Positions 1 to 10,200 of a stretch of DNA of 64,000 nucleotides are shown here, piece after piece (the stretch's first letter is position 1; every line of letters starts with the position of its first letter). The notes below the pieces were generated by a model. That model did no database searches and was not told the origin of the DNA. It worked only from the letters and a program-made list of their open reading frames with translations. The stretch covers positions 276,083-340,082 of the forward strand of contig CAVOHU010000006.1 in assembly GCA_963695795.1 (NCBI GenBank), read 5' to 3'. The stretch is from an uncultured Acidobacteriota bacterium (GTDB taxonomy: Bacteria > Acidobacteriota > Vicinamibacteria > Vicinamibacterales > JAKQTR01). The translations under genes and the position numbers were made by a program.

Positions 1-21
1 GCACCCGCTGAACGACGGCCC

Positions 22-816
22 TCACGGCTCATGTCCGGAGAGTTCGCGGGCGGTTTCTGCCACCGGATTGAGCCGCGTGTCGAGCAGGTGGCGTGGAGCG
101 ACGTTGGCGAGCGCCTTGAGCATCGAGGATTTCACGCCGGGGTGTTCGTGCTCGAGGTCGGCGATCATGCGCTTGACGCGCTGCCGCTGCAGGCTGAGAT
201 CGCCGCACGCCGAGCAGCAGCAGCCGATGACGGGCAGGTCGTTCTCCCTGCAGTAGACCCTTGCGTCGTGTTCCGACACGTACACGAGCGGCCTGATCAC
301 CGTATGCCGGCCGTCGTCCGCGACGAGCCGCGCGGGCATGGCCTTGAGCTGACCCGCGAAGAGCAGATTGAGCAGGAGCGTCTCGACGAAGTCATCCGCG
401 TGATGCCCGAGCGCGATCTTGGTGGCGCCGAACTGGTCCGCGTAGCGATACAGCACGCCGCGCCGCAGTCTCGCGCACAGCGAGCAGGGCGTCTCGAGCG
501 GGTCGAGCACGTCGTCGATCACTTCGCCGATCGACGTCTTCTGGATGTGATGTTCCCAGCCGCGGGCCGCGCAGGCTTCGGCGACGAGGTCGCTCCGGAA
601 CTCCGCGTAGCCGGAATCCACGGTGAACGCGACCAGCGAGAATCGAATCGGAGCGCGCTGGCGGAGGACGTCCAGGATCTGCATCAGCGCCCAGCTGTCC
701 TTGCCGCCCGAGAGCCCGACCATGATCCGATCGCCGTCGGCGATGAGATCGAAGTCCACCGCCGCCCGCGTCACTTTCTTCGCGAGGCGGGCCTCGAGAG
801 GAGTGCGGTACGCCAT
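22..816 (-). CDS. ttcA: tRNA 2-thiocytidine(32) synthetase TtcA (PP-loop ATPase)
   Basis: 264-aa ORF with PP-loop SGGKDS near the N-terminus, plus CSLCARLRRG and CCCSACG cysteine clusters typical of the Fe-S TtcA family. Confidence 0.85.
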   Translation of the reverse strand: MAYRTPLEARLAKKVTRAAVDFDLIADGDRIMVGLSGGKDSWALMQILDVLRQRAPIRFSLVAFTVDSGYAEFRSDLVAEACAARGWEHHIQKTSIGEVIDDVLDPLETPCSLCARLRRGVLYRYADQFGATKIALGHHADDFVETLLLNLLFAGQLKAMPARLVADDGRHTVIRPLVYVSEHDARVYCRENDLPVIGCCCSACGDLSLQRQRVKRMIADLEHEHPGVKSSMLKALANVAPRHLLDTRLNPVAETARELSGHEP

Positions 817-830
817 GGGGAGAACTCAGT

Positions 831-1874
831 CTACCGCAGCAGCAACGCCTCGAGGGCGGCGGGCCAGGTCATCCTCACGGCCACCGACGCGCCGTGCTGG
901 CCAAGGCGCTCGGCAAGTCCGGCGTCGTCGGCCAGCCGGCGGATCGCCAGGGCGAGCGCCCCAGGCTCGGGCGCAGTCACGAAGCCGTTCGTGCCGTCGT
1001 TGACGAGCTCGGCCGGCCCTCCGCTGTCGGAGCAGGTCACGACCGCCTTGCCCGACGCGAAAGCCTCGACCGCCACCAGCCCGTAGTCTTCAGACAGGGG
1101 AGGAAACACCACCGCGCGGCATGTCGCATAGGCGTGAAGGAGGCCGTCCTCACTGAGCGGACCGGTCAGCCGGACTCGGCTCTCGAGCCCCAGCTCGCGC
1201 ACGAGCGATTGCAGCCGGAGCGCGTCCTCGCCCTCGCCCGCAATGGCGCACCGGATGCCGGCCGCGTCGGGCTCGGCGAGCGCCCGGATGAGCAGATCCA
1301 TCCGCTTGAGCGGCGTGAGCCTGGATACGGCTAGCAACTCGTCGCCGTAGCGGTCGCATCGGTAGGCCCGGGCAGGCGGAGGCGGATAGAGGACCTCCGA
1401 CTTGATGCCGCCGAATCGCTCCAGCCGATCCTGGATCGTGCGCGACTGCGCGAAGAGCTTCGTGACGTTTCGCGTGAGCAGGTACTTGTCGGCGGTCCGG
1501 ATGGCAGCGCGCCTCACCCGCTCCTTGATCCGCGCGCGCCAGGAGATCGACGCACTGAACCGGGGCCACAGATCGTAGTACTCGCGCATCCGGTGGTTGA
1601 GCCAGCACACGTGAAGGCGGTGGCGGACGGCATAGCTCGGGTAACGGAAGCTGATCACCTGGTCGACGGGGTGCCCGTCCTGGGTGGACCCGACATCCGT
1701 GAGCCAGTTGGCGAGGTAAGCGGAACCCTGCCGGCCGAATCGATTCTGGGGGGTCACCACCAGTTCGGCCTCGTGCCCGGCTTCGCGCAACGCCGCCACG
1801 AGCGCCCTGGCGATGACGAGATGCCCGCCTTCGGTGAAGAGCGGACTCGATGTGACGACGGCCACGCGCTTCAC
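831..1874 (-). CDS. GT4-family (GT-B fold) glycosyltransferase
   Basis: C-terminal 347 aa of the 752-aa track ORF. Starts VKRVAVVTSSPLFTEGGH at GTG 1874, overlapping the upstream stop (GTGA). Has a typical GT4 C-terminal EDYGLVAVEAFASGKAVV motif. The N-terminal part of the track ORF is an out-of-frame shadow of the next gene. Confidence 0.8.
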   Translation of the reverse strand: MKRVAVVTSSPLFTEGGHLVIARALVAALREAGHEAELVVTPQNRFGRQGSAYLANWLTDVGSTQDGHPVDQVISFRYPSYAVRHRLHVCWLNHRMREYYDLWPRFSASISWRARIKERVRRAAIRTADKYLLTRNVTKLFAQSRTIQDRLERFGGIKSEVLYPPPPARAYRCDRYGDELLAVSRLTPLKRMDLLIRALAEPDAAGIRCAIAGEGEDALRLQSLVRELGLESRVRLTGPLSEDGLLHAYATCRAVVFPPLSEDYGLVAVEAFASGKAVVTCSDSGGPAELVNDGTNGFVTAPEPGALALAIRRLADDAGLAERLGQHGASVAVRMTWPAALEALLLR

Positions 1875-3778
1875 GGGATGAGCTCCGGCGTCACCTGCAC
1901 GGCGAGGAAGCGCCGGTCGTCCGAGCCAGGCACTTCCAGCCTCGGCACGAACGCTCCAGTCGTCGAGATCGAGACCAGCCAGACGCGCGTTCCCTGGAAC
2001 GGGAATCCGGCGTCGAGCGGCACGCGGATCTTCGTGGTCTGGTCCCGCTGCATGTCGACCGTTTCGCTCCACCAGCCCCGCGAAACCTTCACGCGCGTTG
2101 GCGACGCAGCCGTGGCGAGCGTGAGCTCGAGGAATGACGCGGGCTCGGCGCTCTTGACGAAGAATTCGGCGCGCGACTGGCCTCGCATCCAGAAGAACAG
2201 CCCCTCGCGCTTGTACGCATCGTCGTCCAGGAAGTAGATCTGGAAGCGACGATTCTGGCCGAACCAGATGCGCGGGTGATCGGGCTCGGTGTTGATCGGA
2301 ATGTCGAAGACGAGCGTCAGCTCGACGGGCAGCAGGCGAAGCGGCCCCTGCTTGGCGGGCTCGCCGGGATAGTACGCCGCGAAGAACGGATTCAGCGTGA
2401 TCTGCGCCGTGAAGATCGCACCGATCAGCCACGGCACGACGGCGACGAGCGCCGACTCCGTGGCGGGCAGCAGGAAGAGCAGCACGCCGTAGGTGCTCAT
2501 GAAGTAGCGATTCCCCACGGACCCGCCGCCGCCGTTGTAGGTGTACGGCACCCAGACGATGAGCAGCAGGATCTCCGCCATCACCGCGCCGAAGACCAGC
2601 CACTCCCACTTTGGACGCCTTCGCCACTGCCAGAGGAACAGCCCCATCGCGAACACGGCCGGAAAGTAGTACGGCAGGATGCCCGCATACCGGCCGATGA
2701 AGAAGTAGGCCAGGTTGTGCGACAGGAGCGTCCAGAAGACGCGCTTGTCGAAGATGATCCCTTCGTGGATCTTGTCGGTGACCTTGTCCTTCCCCGCCGA
2801 GAACTCCATCGAAGCGTTCTGGAATGGATAGTCGCCGTAGAAGGTCCTGCGGTCGCCTCCCTGGTAGTTCCACTCGCCCGAGATGGCGATGTTGCCAGCG
2901 AGCAGAACCGCGCCGGTCAGACCGTAGAGCACTCCTGCGATGAGTCCGCGTTTCCACTGGCGTCGCATGGCCATCATCGCCAGCATCGGCAGGACGAGGA
3001 GCAGGCAGGTCGGCTTGGAAAAGGTCGCAATGGCGAGGAGCACGATTGCGGCCAGGTCGGAGCCTGGCTTGAACGCCCACCGCAGCCACTTCGGCGCCGA
3101 GGCTGGATCAGCGACCTCCTTGTAGAGCCAGCAGAAATACCCGAGGACGACCAGGGCCAGGTTGAACAGTTCCGGCGTCATCCACACGAAGTAGGCCGGC
3201 GCCACCGAGGCCATCAGAAACCCGGTCGAGAGCACGAGCGCCGGCAGCGTCGACATCCGGGCATTGAGGAACAAGTAGCCTGCGAGCAGCATCGACGCGA
3301 GCAGAAGGGCGTGAAAGACGAGGAACCCGTTCGTCCTGAAGACCGCCACGAACGGCGCCGCGAACGCGGGGTACGCGTAGTTCTTCCCGTAGAAGAGCTC
3401 CGTCGTATCCGGAATCGGCGTCGAACTGAGGTGAACAAACGGCACGCGCCCATCGAAGACGACGCCGGCGGCGCTTCCCCGCTTCAGAAAGATGCCGTTC
3501 GGCCCAGACGGGAATTCCCGATACGTCCGCACCAGATCCTCGCGCCGGTACTTGAGGTCGTGGTCGCTGACGATGCTGTGCGTCATCAGGTAGTAGGTGG
3601 CTTCGTCGCTCTGAAACCCGAAGGCCGCGCGTGGGAAATCGACCGAGACTCCCCAGCCTGCGTACAGACACAGCAGGAGCAGCGCCGCCACCACTCCCGG
3701 CGTGGCATCGGACCGGCGGCGCCCCGTCGCTCGCGTCTCCGGTTCAGCCGCCTTCGGCGCTTCCTGTTCGTTCGGCAT
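1871..3778 (-). CDS. Polytopic membrane glycosyltransferase-like protein (GT-C fold, PMT/ArnT-like)
   Basis: 635-aa ORF with many hydrophobic helices. The first loop carries DEATYY, an acidic motif like the GT-C DE/DxD loop motif, and there is a soluble C-terminal domain. Translationally coupled to the downstream GT4. Confidence 0.6.
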   Translation of the reverse strand: MPNEQEAPKAAEPETRATGRRRSDATPGVVAALLLLCLYAGWGVSVDFPRAAFGFQSDEATYYLMTHSIVSDHDLKYRREDLVRTYREFPSGPNGIFLKRGSAAGVVFDGRVPFVHLSSTPIPDTTELFYGKNYAYPAFAAPFVAVFRTNGFLVFHALLLASMLLAGYLFLNARMSTLPALVLSTGFLMASVAPAYFVWMTPELFNLALVVLGYFCWLYKEVADPASAPKWLRWAFKPGSDLAAIVLLAIATFSKPTCLLLVLPMLAMMAMRRQWKRGLIAGVLYGLTGAVLLAGNIAISGEWNYQGGDRRTFYGDYPFQNASMEFSAGKDKVTDKIHEGIIFDKRVFWTLLSHNLAYFFIGRYAGILPYYFPAVFAMGLFLWQWRRRPKWEWLVFGAVMAEILLLIVWVPYTYNGGGGSVGNRYFMSTYGVLLFLLPATESALVAVVPWLIGAIFTAQITLNPFFAAYYPGEPAKQGPLRLLPVELTLVFDIPINTEPDHPRIWFGQNRRFQIYFLDDDAYKREGLFFWMRGQSRAEFFVKSAEPASFLELTLATAASPTRVKVSRGWWSETVDMQRDQTTKIRVPLDAGFPFQGTRVWLVSISTTGAFVPRLEVPGSDDRRFLAVQVTPELIP

Positions 3779-3799
3779 GACTGATATCAGCGGACCTGC

Positions 3800-5009
3800 C
3801 TACACGGTTTCCGGACTATCGGCGTCCAGGAATGAGAGATCGGCCTCGAGCGCCCCACGCCGGCGCGTGCGGCGGGAGGTCTCGTGCAGGATCGGATAGA
3901 GCCTCTCCATCTTCCGGACGAACGTCATGATGTCGTATCGCCGGCTCGTGATCCGCGCGTTCGCCGAGAGTCTCGAGCGCTCCTCCGGCTGGCCCATGAG
4001 CGTGAGGATCTGGTCCGCGAGCGCGCGCGCATTCCGCTTGGGGACGATACGGGCGTCGCGCCCGTCGGTGAGAATGTCGAGCAAGCCGTCGGCATCGGTC
4101 GCGACGATTGCGCGCCCGGCGGCCATCGCTTCGAACGCCGTCAGCGGCGTGCCTTCCCAGAGCGAAGGAAAGACGCTCATGTCGAATCCCGACAGCAGCC
4201 GCGCCACGTCGCGCTCGAATCCCGAGAATACGAAGCGGTCGCCGAGGTTCAGGCGGCGCGCCTGTTCTTCGAGTGAGGGGCGCAGCGGCCCTTCTCCGAC
4301 GAGGAAGAACTTCGCGTCCGGTTTGGCGTCCAGGACCATCCGGGCCGCATCGACCAGGTATTCGTTGCCCTTGGAGTCGTGGAGCCGCGTGACCGTGCCA
4401 ATCGCGAACTCGCCCGGTAGCAACCCCAGTTCCCGGCGCACCGCCGCCACGTCCTCCGACGATCGCACGCCGCTGAACTCGTCGATCGGGGCGCCGAGGT
4501 AAACGAGCTTCACCCGCTCCGGTTTCACGAGCCTGGCCTTGATGACGAAGTCGACCGTGCTCTTCCCGACGGCGAGAGCGAGATCCGTGAAGGGTGCGAG
4601 CGCGCGGTCGGCGACCTTCTGGAACCACGGCGTATCGGTCAGATTCGCGTGCTCGTGCAGGATAGTGGGAAGCTTGCGGATCGCCGCGGCCGCCCGCCCG
4701 AAAGTCGTCGCTCCGTAGCCGTGCATGTGCAGGAGGTCGATCTTCTTGCGCGTCGACCACCTTAAGCAGCGCCGTCAGCGTCGACGGATCGAACTTCGAC
4801 TTGTGCAGGTAGGTGATGTCGACGCCGAACGACTCGAGCGTCTCCTCGGAGAGGTCCTTCTTGCGCAGGCTCACGAGCGACACGTTGAAGCGGGACGGGT
4901 CGAATCGCGGGATCATCCACGCGAACAGGCGCTTCACGCCGTGCATCCTCGAGCCTTCCCAGCCGAGGTGATCGCAGATCTGGAGGATGTTGAGCTTGCC
5001 GTCGGTCAT
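3800..5009 (-). pseudogene. GT4-family glycosyltransferase, frame-disrupted as sequenced (one extra base near 4748)
   Basis: The N-terminus MTDGKLNILQICDHLGWEGSRMHGVKRLF...LLKVVDA lies in the frame of ORF 3816-5777. The continuation KKIDLLHMHGYGATTFG...EGTPLTAFEAMAAGRAIVATD lies in the frame of ORF 3800-4726. The junction reads GTCGACGCG[C]AAGAAGATCGAC on the minus strand. Total length is 1210 nt, which is 3n+1. Confidence 0.75.
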
Positions 5010-5777
5010 GATGCGCCGCTTGCCGACGCGGGCGACGCCGCCCGCGTCCCGATCAGTTTTGCCGGGACCCCCGCCGCGATCGCGCAGCGCCGGCACGTCG
5101 TCCCGGACGACGGCCTGCGCACCGATGATCGCGTTGGCGCCGATCGAGACGCCGTCGAGGATCTTGGCGCCCGAGCCCATCCACACGCCCTCGCCGATGG
5201 CGACGCCTTTCGAGGATCGCTCCCCGGCGAGCACCGGCTTGGACGTATCGCTGAAGTCGTGGTCGCCGCCGACGACGTAACAATACGCCGCGAGCAGCGT
5301 GTCGGCGCCAATCGTCACGCGGCTCGCCGAGAACACCTCGCAGTTGAACCCGATGTTCGCCCGATCGGCCAGGACGATGTCGCCGTTCTTGCACGAGAGA
5401 ATCGTGTTGCGCCCCACGAAGACGCCGCTGCCGATGGTGATGCCCTCGTTCGCCTCGCCCTTCGCGTCGAGCAGGCACTGATCGTCGATGACGACGTTGT
5501 CGCCGATGCGGATCTTGGCCGGATGGCGGAGCACCACGTTCTGGCCGAACACCACGTTCCTGCCGCACGCGCCAAGAAGGCGCGGGTAGAGGGTCTTCCG
5601 GAGGACCAGCCCCAGCGCGCCTGGAACCGACTGGCTGAAGAGCGTCACCAGTTCGTGCTTGAGGAGCGCGCCAATCCCTGGCCTGCCCACCACGAGCCGC
5701 GCGTACTTCGAGAGCGCCGAGGTGCGCTGGTCGAACAGTTGCTCCTGCGCCTTCGGGATCTCCCTCGTTTCACTCAT
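5006..5777 (-). pseudogene. Left-handed beta-helix (hexapeptide repeat) acyl/acetyltransferase, frame-disrupted as sequenced (extra base near 5084)
   Basis: Hexapeptide repeats run through the ORF (IGDNVVIDD, IGSGVFVGRN, IGADTLLAA, IGEGVWMGSGA, IGANAIIGAQA). The conserved C-terminus AIAAGVPAKLIGTR lies in a different frame (ORF 5006-5311). The junction is CCGGCGCTG[C]GCGATCGCG. The corrected stop overlaps the ATG of the next GT (ATGA). Confidence 0.7.
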
Positions 5778-5816
5778 TGCCCGGCTCGCCTCTCTCCAAT
5801 CCGCTGGATCGTCCCG

Positions 5817-6800
5817 TCACAGCCACCCCTCAGCCCGGTACCACGCAAGCGTACGCCGCACACCTTCGCGCAACCCGACCTCCGGGTTGAATCCGAGCTC
5901 CGCTCGAGCCTTCGAGATGTCGAACGCCCGGCTCTTCGTGAAGAAATCCACGCGCCGGCGGTAGATCGGGGGCTCGACGCCAAACGGCACGCAGACCGCC
6001 TCACAGAGCGCGCCGGCGATCCAGACCGGCCAGACCGGCAGGTGCATTCGCACGGGCGCGACGCCGGCCTCCTCGGCGATGAGCGCGACGAGCGCATTGA
6101 GCCGCGTGACTTCCCCTCCCGCCAGGATGTAGGTGCGGCCGGCCGCTTCCCTCACTTCTCCGCATCGGCGAAATCCCTCGACCAGGTCGTCGACGTAGGT
6201 GACATGGTAGAAGATTTCACCCTTACCGAGCGTGACGAATCGCCGCCGGGCGACACCGCGGAAGAGCTTCAGCAGCCTCCTGTCACCAGGCCCGTAGATA
6301 CCGCTCGGCCTCGCGATGACCAGTTCCAGGCCTGTTCGTTCGGCCGCCGCCCTGGCCAGCCGCTCGCCGTCGAGCTTGGTGCGCTGGTACTCGTCACCGG
6401 GCCGGAGCGGCGCTTCCTCGTTCGCCGGCGGATGTTCGACGTCGCCGTGGACGCCGACCGTGCTGCAGTGGACGAGCCGCCTGGCTCCCGACGCCTTTGC
6501 GGCTTCGACGAGCGAGGCGACCGCCGTCGCATTGACCGCAGCGTATTCGGCAGCCGACACACCGGCCTGCCGGTAGATCGCCGCGATGTTGTAGATTACG
6601 TCGACGCCGTCCGCGGCCCGCGCCAGCGAGGCGGGATCCCGCAGATCGCCCTCGGCCGGCTCGATCCCCTCGAGGCCTGGTGGCAACCCCCGCCCTCGTC
6701 CGCGCCTGATCAGCGCGCGCACGCGATGTCCGCCATCGCGGAGGGCGCGGGCGAGGTGCCCGCCGGTGAACCCGGTGGCGCCGGTTACGAGGATGCGCAT
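5817..6800 (-). CDS. NAD-dependent epimerase/dehydratase (SDR family)
   Basis: Starts MRILVTGATGFTGGHLARAL (Rossmann GxxGxxG) at ATG 6800 and has a YxxxK-type motif (YQRTKLDGE). It is the C-terminal 327 aa of the 589-aa track ORF. Confidence 0.85.
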   Translation of the reverse strand: MRILVTGATGFTGGHLARALRDGGHRVRALIRRGRGRGLPPGLEGIEPAEGDLRDPASLARAADGVDVIYNIAAIYRQAGVSAAEYAAVNATAVASLVEAAKASGARRLVHCSTVGVHGDVEHPPANEEAPLRPGDEYQRTKLDGERLARAAAERTGLELVIARPSGIYGPGDRRLLKLFRGVARRRFVTLGKGEIFYHVTYVDDLVEGFRRCGEVREAAGRTYILAGGEVTRLNALVALIAEEAGVAPVRMHLPVWPVWIAGALCEAVCVPFGVEPPIYRRRVDFFTKSRAFDISKARAELGFNPEVGLREGVRRTLAWYRAEGWL

Positions 6801-7586
6801 CGTTCCGCCACGATCGTCACCGGCGATCCGAACACGCGCAGCAGCCCGATGCTCGCGAGCGCACGTTCGACACCCTCGGTGAATCCGCGCGAGTTGACAA
6901 GCTTGTGGAACGCGATCGGCAGGACGAACTGGCGGTGCCGTCCGACGATACGAAACCCGTTGGCCTCGACTGCGGCCTGCACCTCGGCGTAGCGAAGCAC
7001 CCGGTACGACTCGACCTTCTTGCTGACGAGCCCGAGCAGGCCGCGGCCGGCTGCCTGCAGAGCGGCGGCGCTCATGGCCGCCGGGAAATCGAAGACGACG
7101 CGGCTTCGCGACACCCGGCACATCTCGGCGATGCAGCGTCTCCAGTCCGGCGTGTGCATCAGCACGCGGAGGCTGACCGAGGCGTCGAAGTGCGCATCCG
7201 GGAACCCCAGGGCGTGAGCGTCCCCGACCTCGAATTGCGCCGGAAGGCCCAAGGACTGCGCGCGCTCCCGTGCCACCCGGAGCATCTCGGACGACGCGTC
7301 GATGCCGGTCACCGAGGCGCCTTTGCTGCGCGAGCGCCAGCGCAGCGCGGCCGGTGCCCGTGCCAACGTCGAGCACCGACTGGCCCGCCAGTTCGCCGAG
7401 GAAACTGGACAGCACCTGCTCCTGCGTTTCGGCGAGCATCGCGCCGATGGCACCTCCGAACCGCGCCCGGTCGAACTGCTCCGCCATCGATCGATCGGCG
7501 TAGAGCCGATAGCTGTAGTGGTCGCGATCGATCCCGCTCTCGCGGCCGCTCCGCGGACGGCGCGATGCCGGCGCTTTGCCTTTCAC
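6785..7586 (-). pseudogene. Class I SAM-dependent methyltransferase, frame-disrupted as sequenced (extra base near 7328)
   Basis: The N-terminus DHYSYRLYADRSMAEQFDRARFGG...VLDVGTGTGRAALALA (SAM motif I) is in one frame. The continuation SKGASVTGIDASSEMLRVARERA...FDASVSLRVLMHTPDW is in the frame of ORF 6785-7453. The junction is GCGCTCGCG[C]AGCAAAGGC. The GTG start overlaps the upstream stop (GTGA). Confidence 0.7.
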
Positions 7587-8770
7587 GCAGAATCTCCCGC
7601 CCCGGCAGCAGACAGGAGTTCGATGGAGCGCCGCACCTTTGCCAGGTACGCTTCGTAGGTGTATTTCGTTTCCGCCAGCTCGCGGGCCTTCCTGCTGACC
7701 GAGGCGGCCAGCTCGCGGTTGAGGATCGCGTCGGCGATCGCGTTTCCAAACCCATCCGGCGTCGGGTCGGACAGGATGGCGACCTCGCCGTCAAGCACCT
7801 GCGTGTGCGTCAGCAGATTGGTCGCGACGATCGGCCGGCCGGCGCGGAGGTATTGGTAGATCTTGAGCGGCGTGTTCTTGCCGCGGCTCCTGGGCGACAC
7901 GAGAACGGTCGCGGCGTCCAGGAAGGCGGGGATCTCCTCCGAAGGCTGCTCGCCGGTGAACACCGCGGCGGTTCCGATTCCCGCCCGCTCGGCGTCCGCT
8001 TTCGCTTGCGCGACCTGGCCGGGGTGGCCGCCGACCACGACCAGCGTGGCGGTGGGCACCCGCCGAAGCGCCACCGCCATCGCATCGAAGAGCAGGTCAA
8101 GCCCTTGATACGCTTCGAATGTCCCGGTGTAGAGGACGAGCGGCACATCGGCCGGGAACCCGAGCCGGCCGCGAACGGGATTGGTTCCATCGATCGGCCG
8201 AGTCGCGCCTGCGCCGGGCGCATTCTCGATCAGCACGGTCCTCGACCGGGCGTCTATGCCCCTGACGACCTCACCGAGATACCGGCAAATGACGATGACG
8301 ACTCGGGATCGCGTGATCATCTGGCGCTCGAGCCAGCGAAAGAGCGCCAGCAGCAGTTTCGATCGGCTGAAGCGGAAGTTCTCCAGCTGCTCTGGCAGGC
8401 TCGAATGCATGTCGTAGAGGTGCGGCAGCTTCAATCGTGACGCCACCAGGATTCCGATGGCCGCACCTTCCTCGTGCGACTGGACCAGATCGTACCGGCC
8501 CCGCCGGGCGACGCGGAACGCCTTCAGCGCCAGCAACGCATCGAGAGGGAGCTTGGCCCACGACGGCCCGATCCTGACGCGTCTGACGAAGGGCGGCCGG
8601 GCCGATCTGAAGATGCGGAGGCCGGGCAGGGAGACGTCCTGCCCGAACGGGTAGGTCACCAGGTCGACGGTATGGCCGAGATCAACCAGGGCCCGAATCC
8701 GGTGGAACTCGCTGAACGGGGTCCCCCGGGGCTCGAAGAACGGCTCAGGGGCGATCATCAGGATACGCAT
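7583..8770 (-). CDS. GT4-family glycosyltransferase
   Basis: 395-aa ORF starting MRILMIAPEPFFEPRGTPFSEFHR. It has GT-B architecture with a C-terminal sugar-nucleotide binding region (VLVSPRSRGKNTPLKIYQYLRAGRPIVATN). Confidence 0.85.
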   Translation of the reverse strand: MRILMIAPEPFFEPRGTPFSEFHRIRALVDLGHTVDLVTYPFGQDVSLPGLRIFRSARPPFVRRVRIGPSWAKLPLDALLALKAFRVARRGRYDLVQSHEEGAAIGILVASRLKLPHLYDMHSSLPEQLENFRFSRSKLLLALFRWLERQMITRSRVVIVICRYLGEVVRGIDARSRTVLIENAPGAGATRPIDGTNPVRGRLGFPADVPLVLYTGTFEAYQGLDLLFDAMAVALRRVPTATLVVVGGHPGQVAQAKADAERAGIGTAAVFTGEQPSEEIPAFLDAATVLVSPRSRGKNTPLKIYQYLRAGRPIVATNLLTHTQVLDGEVAILSDPTPDGFGNAIADAILNRELAASVSRKARELAETKYTYEAYLAKVRRSIELLSAAGAGDSA

Positions 8771-8993
8771 CGGTTGGGTGGTCCCGTTCGGCGGCCGATC
8801 TCGGGCTCGGTGCCCGGCACGGGCAATCGACCGATTGTAGGGGACGCGTCAGGAAACGTCAACGCGGCGCGGTCCGGAACTCCCCTGCCTTGAAGCCTTT
8901 AGAGGTGGACACGCGGCGAAGGCCCATGATAGCCTCCCTTGGGCGGCAAGCAGGAATTCCTTCGCTCTGCCTCAGGAACCGCTCCCGATACGC

Positions 8994-9983
8994 ATGATGG
9001 AAGACGCCGATCAGCCTCAGGCTCCGAGCCGCGCCCGCCGACTCCTCATCCTCATCCTGAAGATCGTCGTCAGCGTGGGTCTCCTCGCCTTCCTCTTCAG
9101 CCGGATGGATCTGGCGCACCTTGCCGGCTACCTCCGGCGGGCGTCGGCACTCTGGCTCGCCATGGCCCTCGCGCTCTACGCGTTCATGCTCCTCGTCAGC
9201 ACCTGGCGGTGGCACCTGCTGCTTCGAGCCCAGCACATCGACGTCCCGCCCAGGAGACTGCTGAACTCGTACCTGGTGGCCACCTTCTTCAACAACTTCC
9301 TGCCGAGCAACATCGGCGGCGACGTGATCCGCATACGTGACACGGCCCTTGAGGCCGGCTCCAAGACGCTGGCGACGACAATCGTCCTCATGGATCGCGG
9401 GTTGGGGCTGCTGGGACTGATCCTGGTCGGCGCGGTCGGCTCGACCGCGGTGTCGGCTCCGGGACAGGACGGATCCAGGCTCAGCTGGGTGTTGTGGCTG
9501 ATCTTCGTGACCGGAACCGTTGCGGCCATGCCGCTCGTGCTCGCGCCGGACAAGGTTGGACGCCTGCTGGCCCCGCTTCGCATCTTCCACCAGGAGTGGG
9601 TCGACGAGCGGATCGCCCGGTTCACCGGCGCGCTCGGCAAGTTCGGCAATGCACCGCGATCGCTCGTGGCGTGCTTCTCGGGTGCGGTGTTGGTGCAGCT
9701 CGTGCTGGTCCTCTTCTACGCGGCCATCGTCCGCAGCATGAACATCCCCGTGCCGCCGGTGCACCTGGCGGTGATCGTGCCGATTTCGTTCGTGGTGCAG
9801 ATGTTACCGGTTTCGGTGAACGGGTTCGGCGTGCGCGAGGCGACCTTCTCGTTCTACTTTTCCCGGCTCGGCCTCCCGCTCGAGTCCGCTGTCATCGTGT
9901 CGCTGGTCGGCGCGGGGCTCATCATCATCTTCTCGCTCTCGGGCGCACTGGCCTACATCAGCCGGCCCCATCGAACCGCCTGA
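8994..9983 (+). CDS. Flippase-like membrane protein (UPF0104 / lysyl-PG synthase TM-region family), paralog 1
   Basis: 329-aa polytopic ORF with the family-typical RWHLLL...FFNNFLPSNIGGDVIRI motif. Confidence 0.7.
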   Translation: MMEDADQPQAPSRARRLLILILKIVVSVGLLAFLFSRMDLAHLAGYLRRASALWLAMALALYAFMLLVSTWRWHLLLRAQHIDVPPRRLLNSYLVATFFNNFLPSNIGGDVIRIRDTALEAGSKTLATTIVLMDRGLGLLGLILVGAVGSTAVSAPGQDGSRLSWVLWLIFVTGTVAAMPLVLAPDKVGRLLAPLRIFHQEWVDERIARFTGALGKFGNAPRSLVACFSGAVLVQLVLVLFYAAIVRSMNIPVPPVHLAVIVPISFVVQMLPVSVNGFGVREATFSFYFSRLGLPLESAVIVSLVGAGLIIIFSLSGALAYISRPHRTA

Positions 9984-10029
9984 GCGGATTGTCAGTGTGC
10001 ATCGCCGCCGGCGGCGGCCGGGCGGCCGG

Positions 10030-10058
10030 TTGACCCCCGTGAACCCGGGGGCTACGAT
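10030..10058 (+). promoter_or_regulatory. Candidate sigma70-type promoter upstream of the radical SAM gene
   Basis: TTGACC (10030-10035), a 17-nt spacer, then TACGAT (10053-10058). The spacer contains a CCCCCG..CCCGGGGG inverted repeat. It lies about 140 nt upstream of ATG 10201. Confidence 0.4.
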
Positions 10059-10200
10059 GAGAAGTCCGGACCCGATACTCCGGTGAAAGGTTCGCAGCGG
10101 CGGTATTTCAGCCGTATGCTGCGCGGGTGGCTGCGTGTGTGCGTGACTCGGGCCGCCATTCGCCCACGCCGGTGAATCCCGACGATCTGGCGTCGTTTGC

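Noticed and set aside
31-1086. 351-aa plus-strand ORF antisense to ttcA and the first GT4
   Set aside because: Arg/Ala/Pro/Gly-rich shadow ORF of the kind expected opposite real genes in very GC-rich DNA. It has no motifs. The opposite strand has strong family signatures.
2276-3784. 502-aa plus-strand ORF antisense to the GT-C membrane protein
   Set aside because: Highly charged, low-complexity (R/E/D/H/P) translation. The antisense strand encodes a coherent polytopic membrane protein.
3816-5777. 653-aa ORF read as a genuine bifunctional acyltransferase-glycosyltransferase fusion
   Set aside because: The middle and C-terminal parts are out-of-frame garbage (RPPAHARLRSDDFRAGGRG...). The conserved acyltransferase C-terminus and the GT C-terminal half sit in other frames. 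Best explained by two single-base frame errors.
4725-8440. Very long plus-strand ORFs (755 aa at 4725-6992 and 511 aa at 6905-8440) across the acyltransferase, epimerase, methyltransferase and GT4 genes
   Set aside because: Low-complexity Arg/Asp/Pro-rich translations with no motifs. All four minus-strand genes have clear family motifs.
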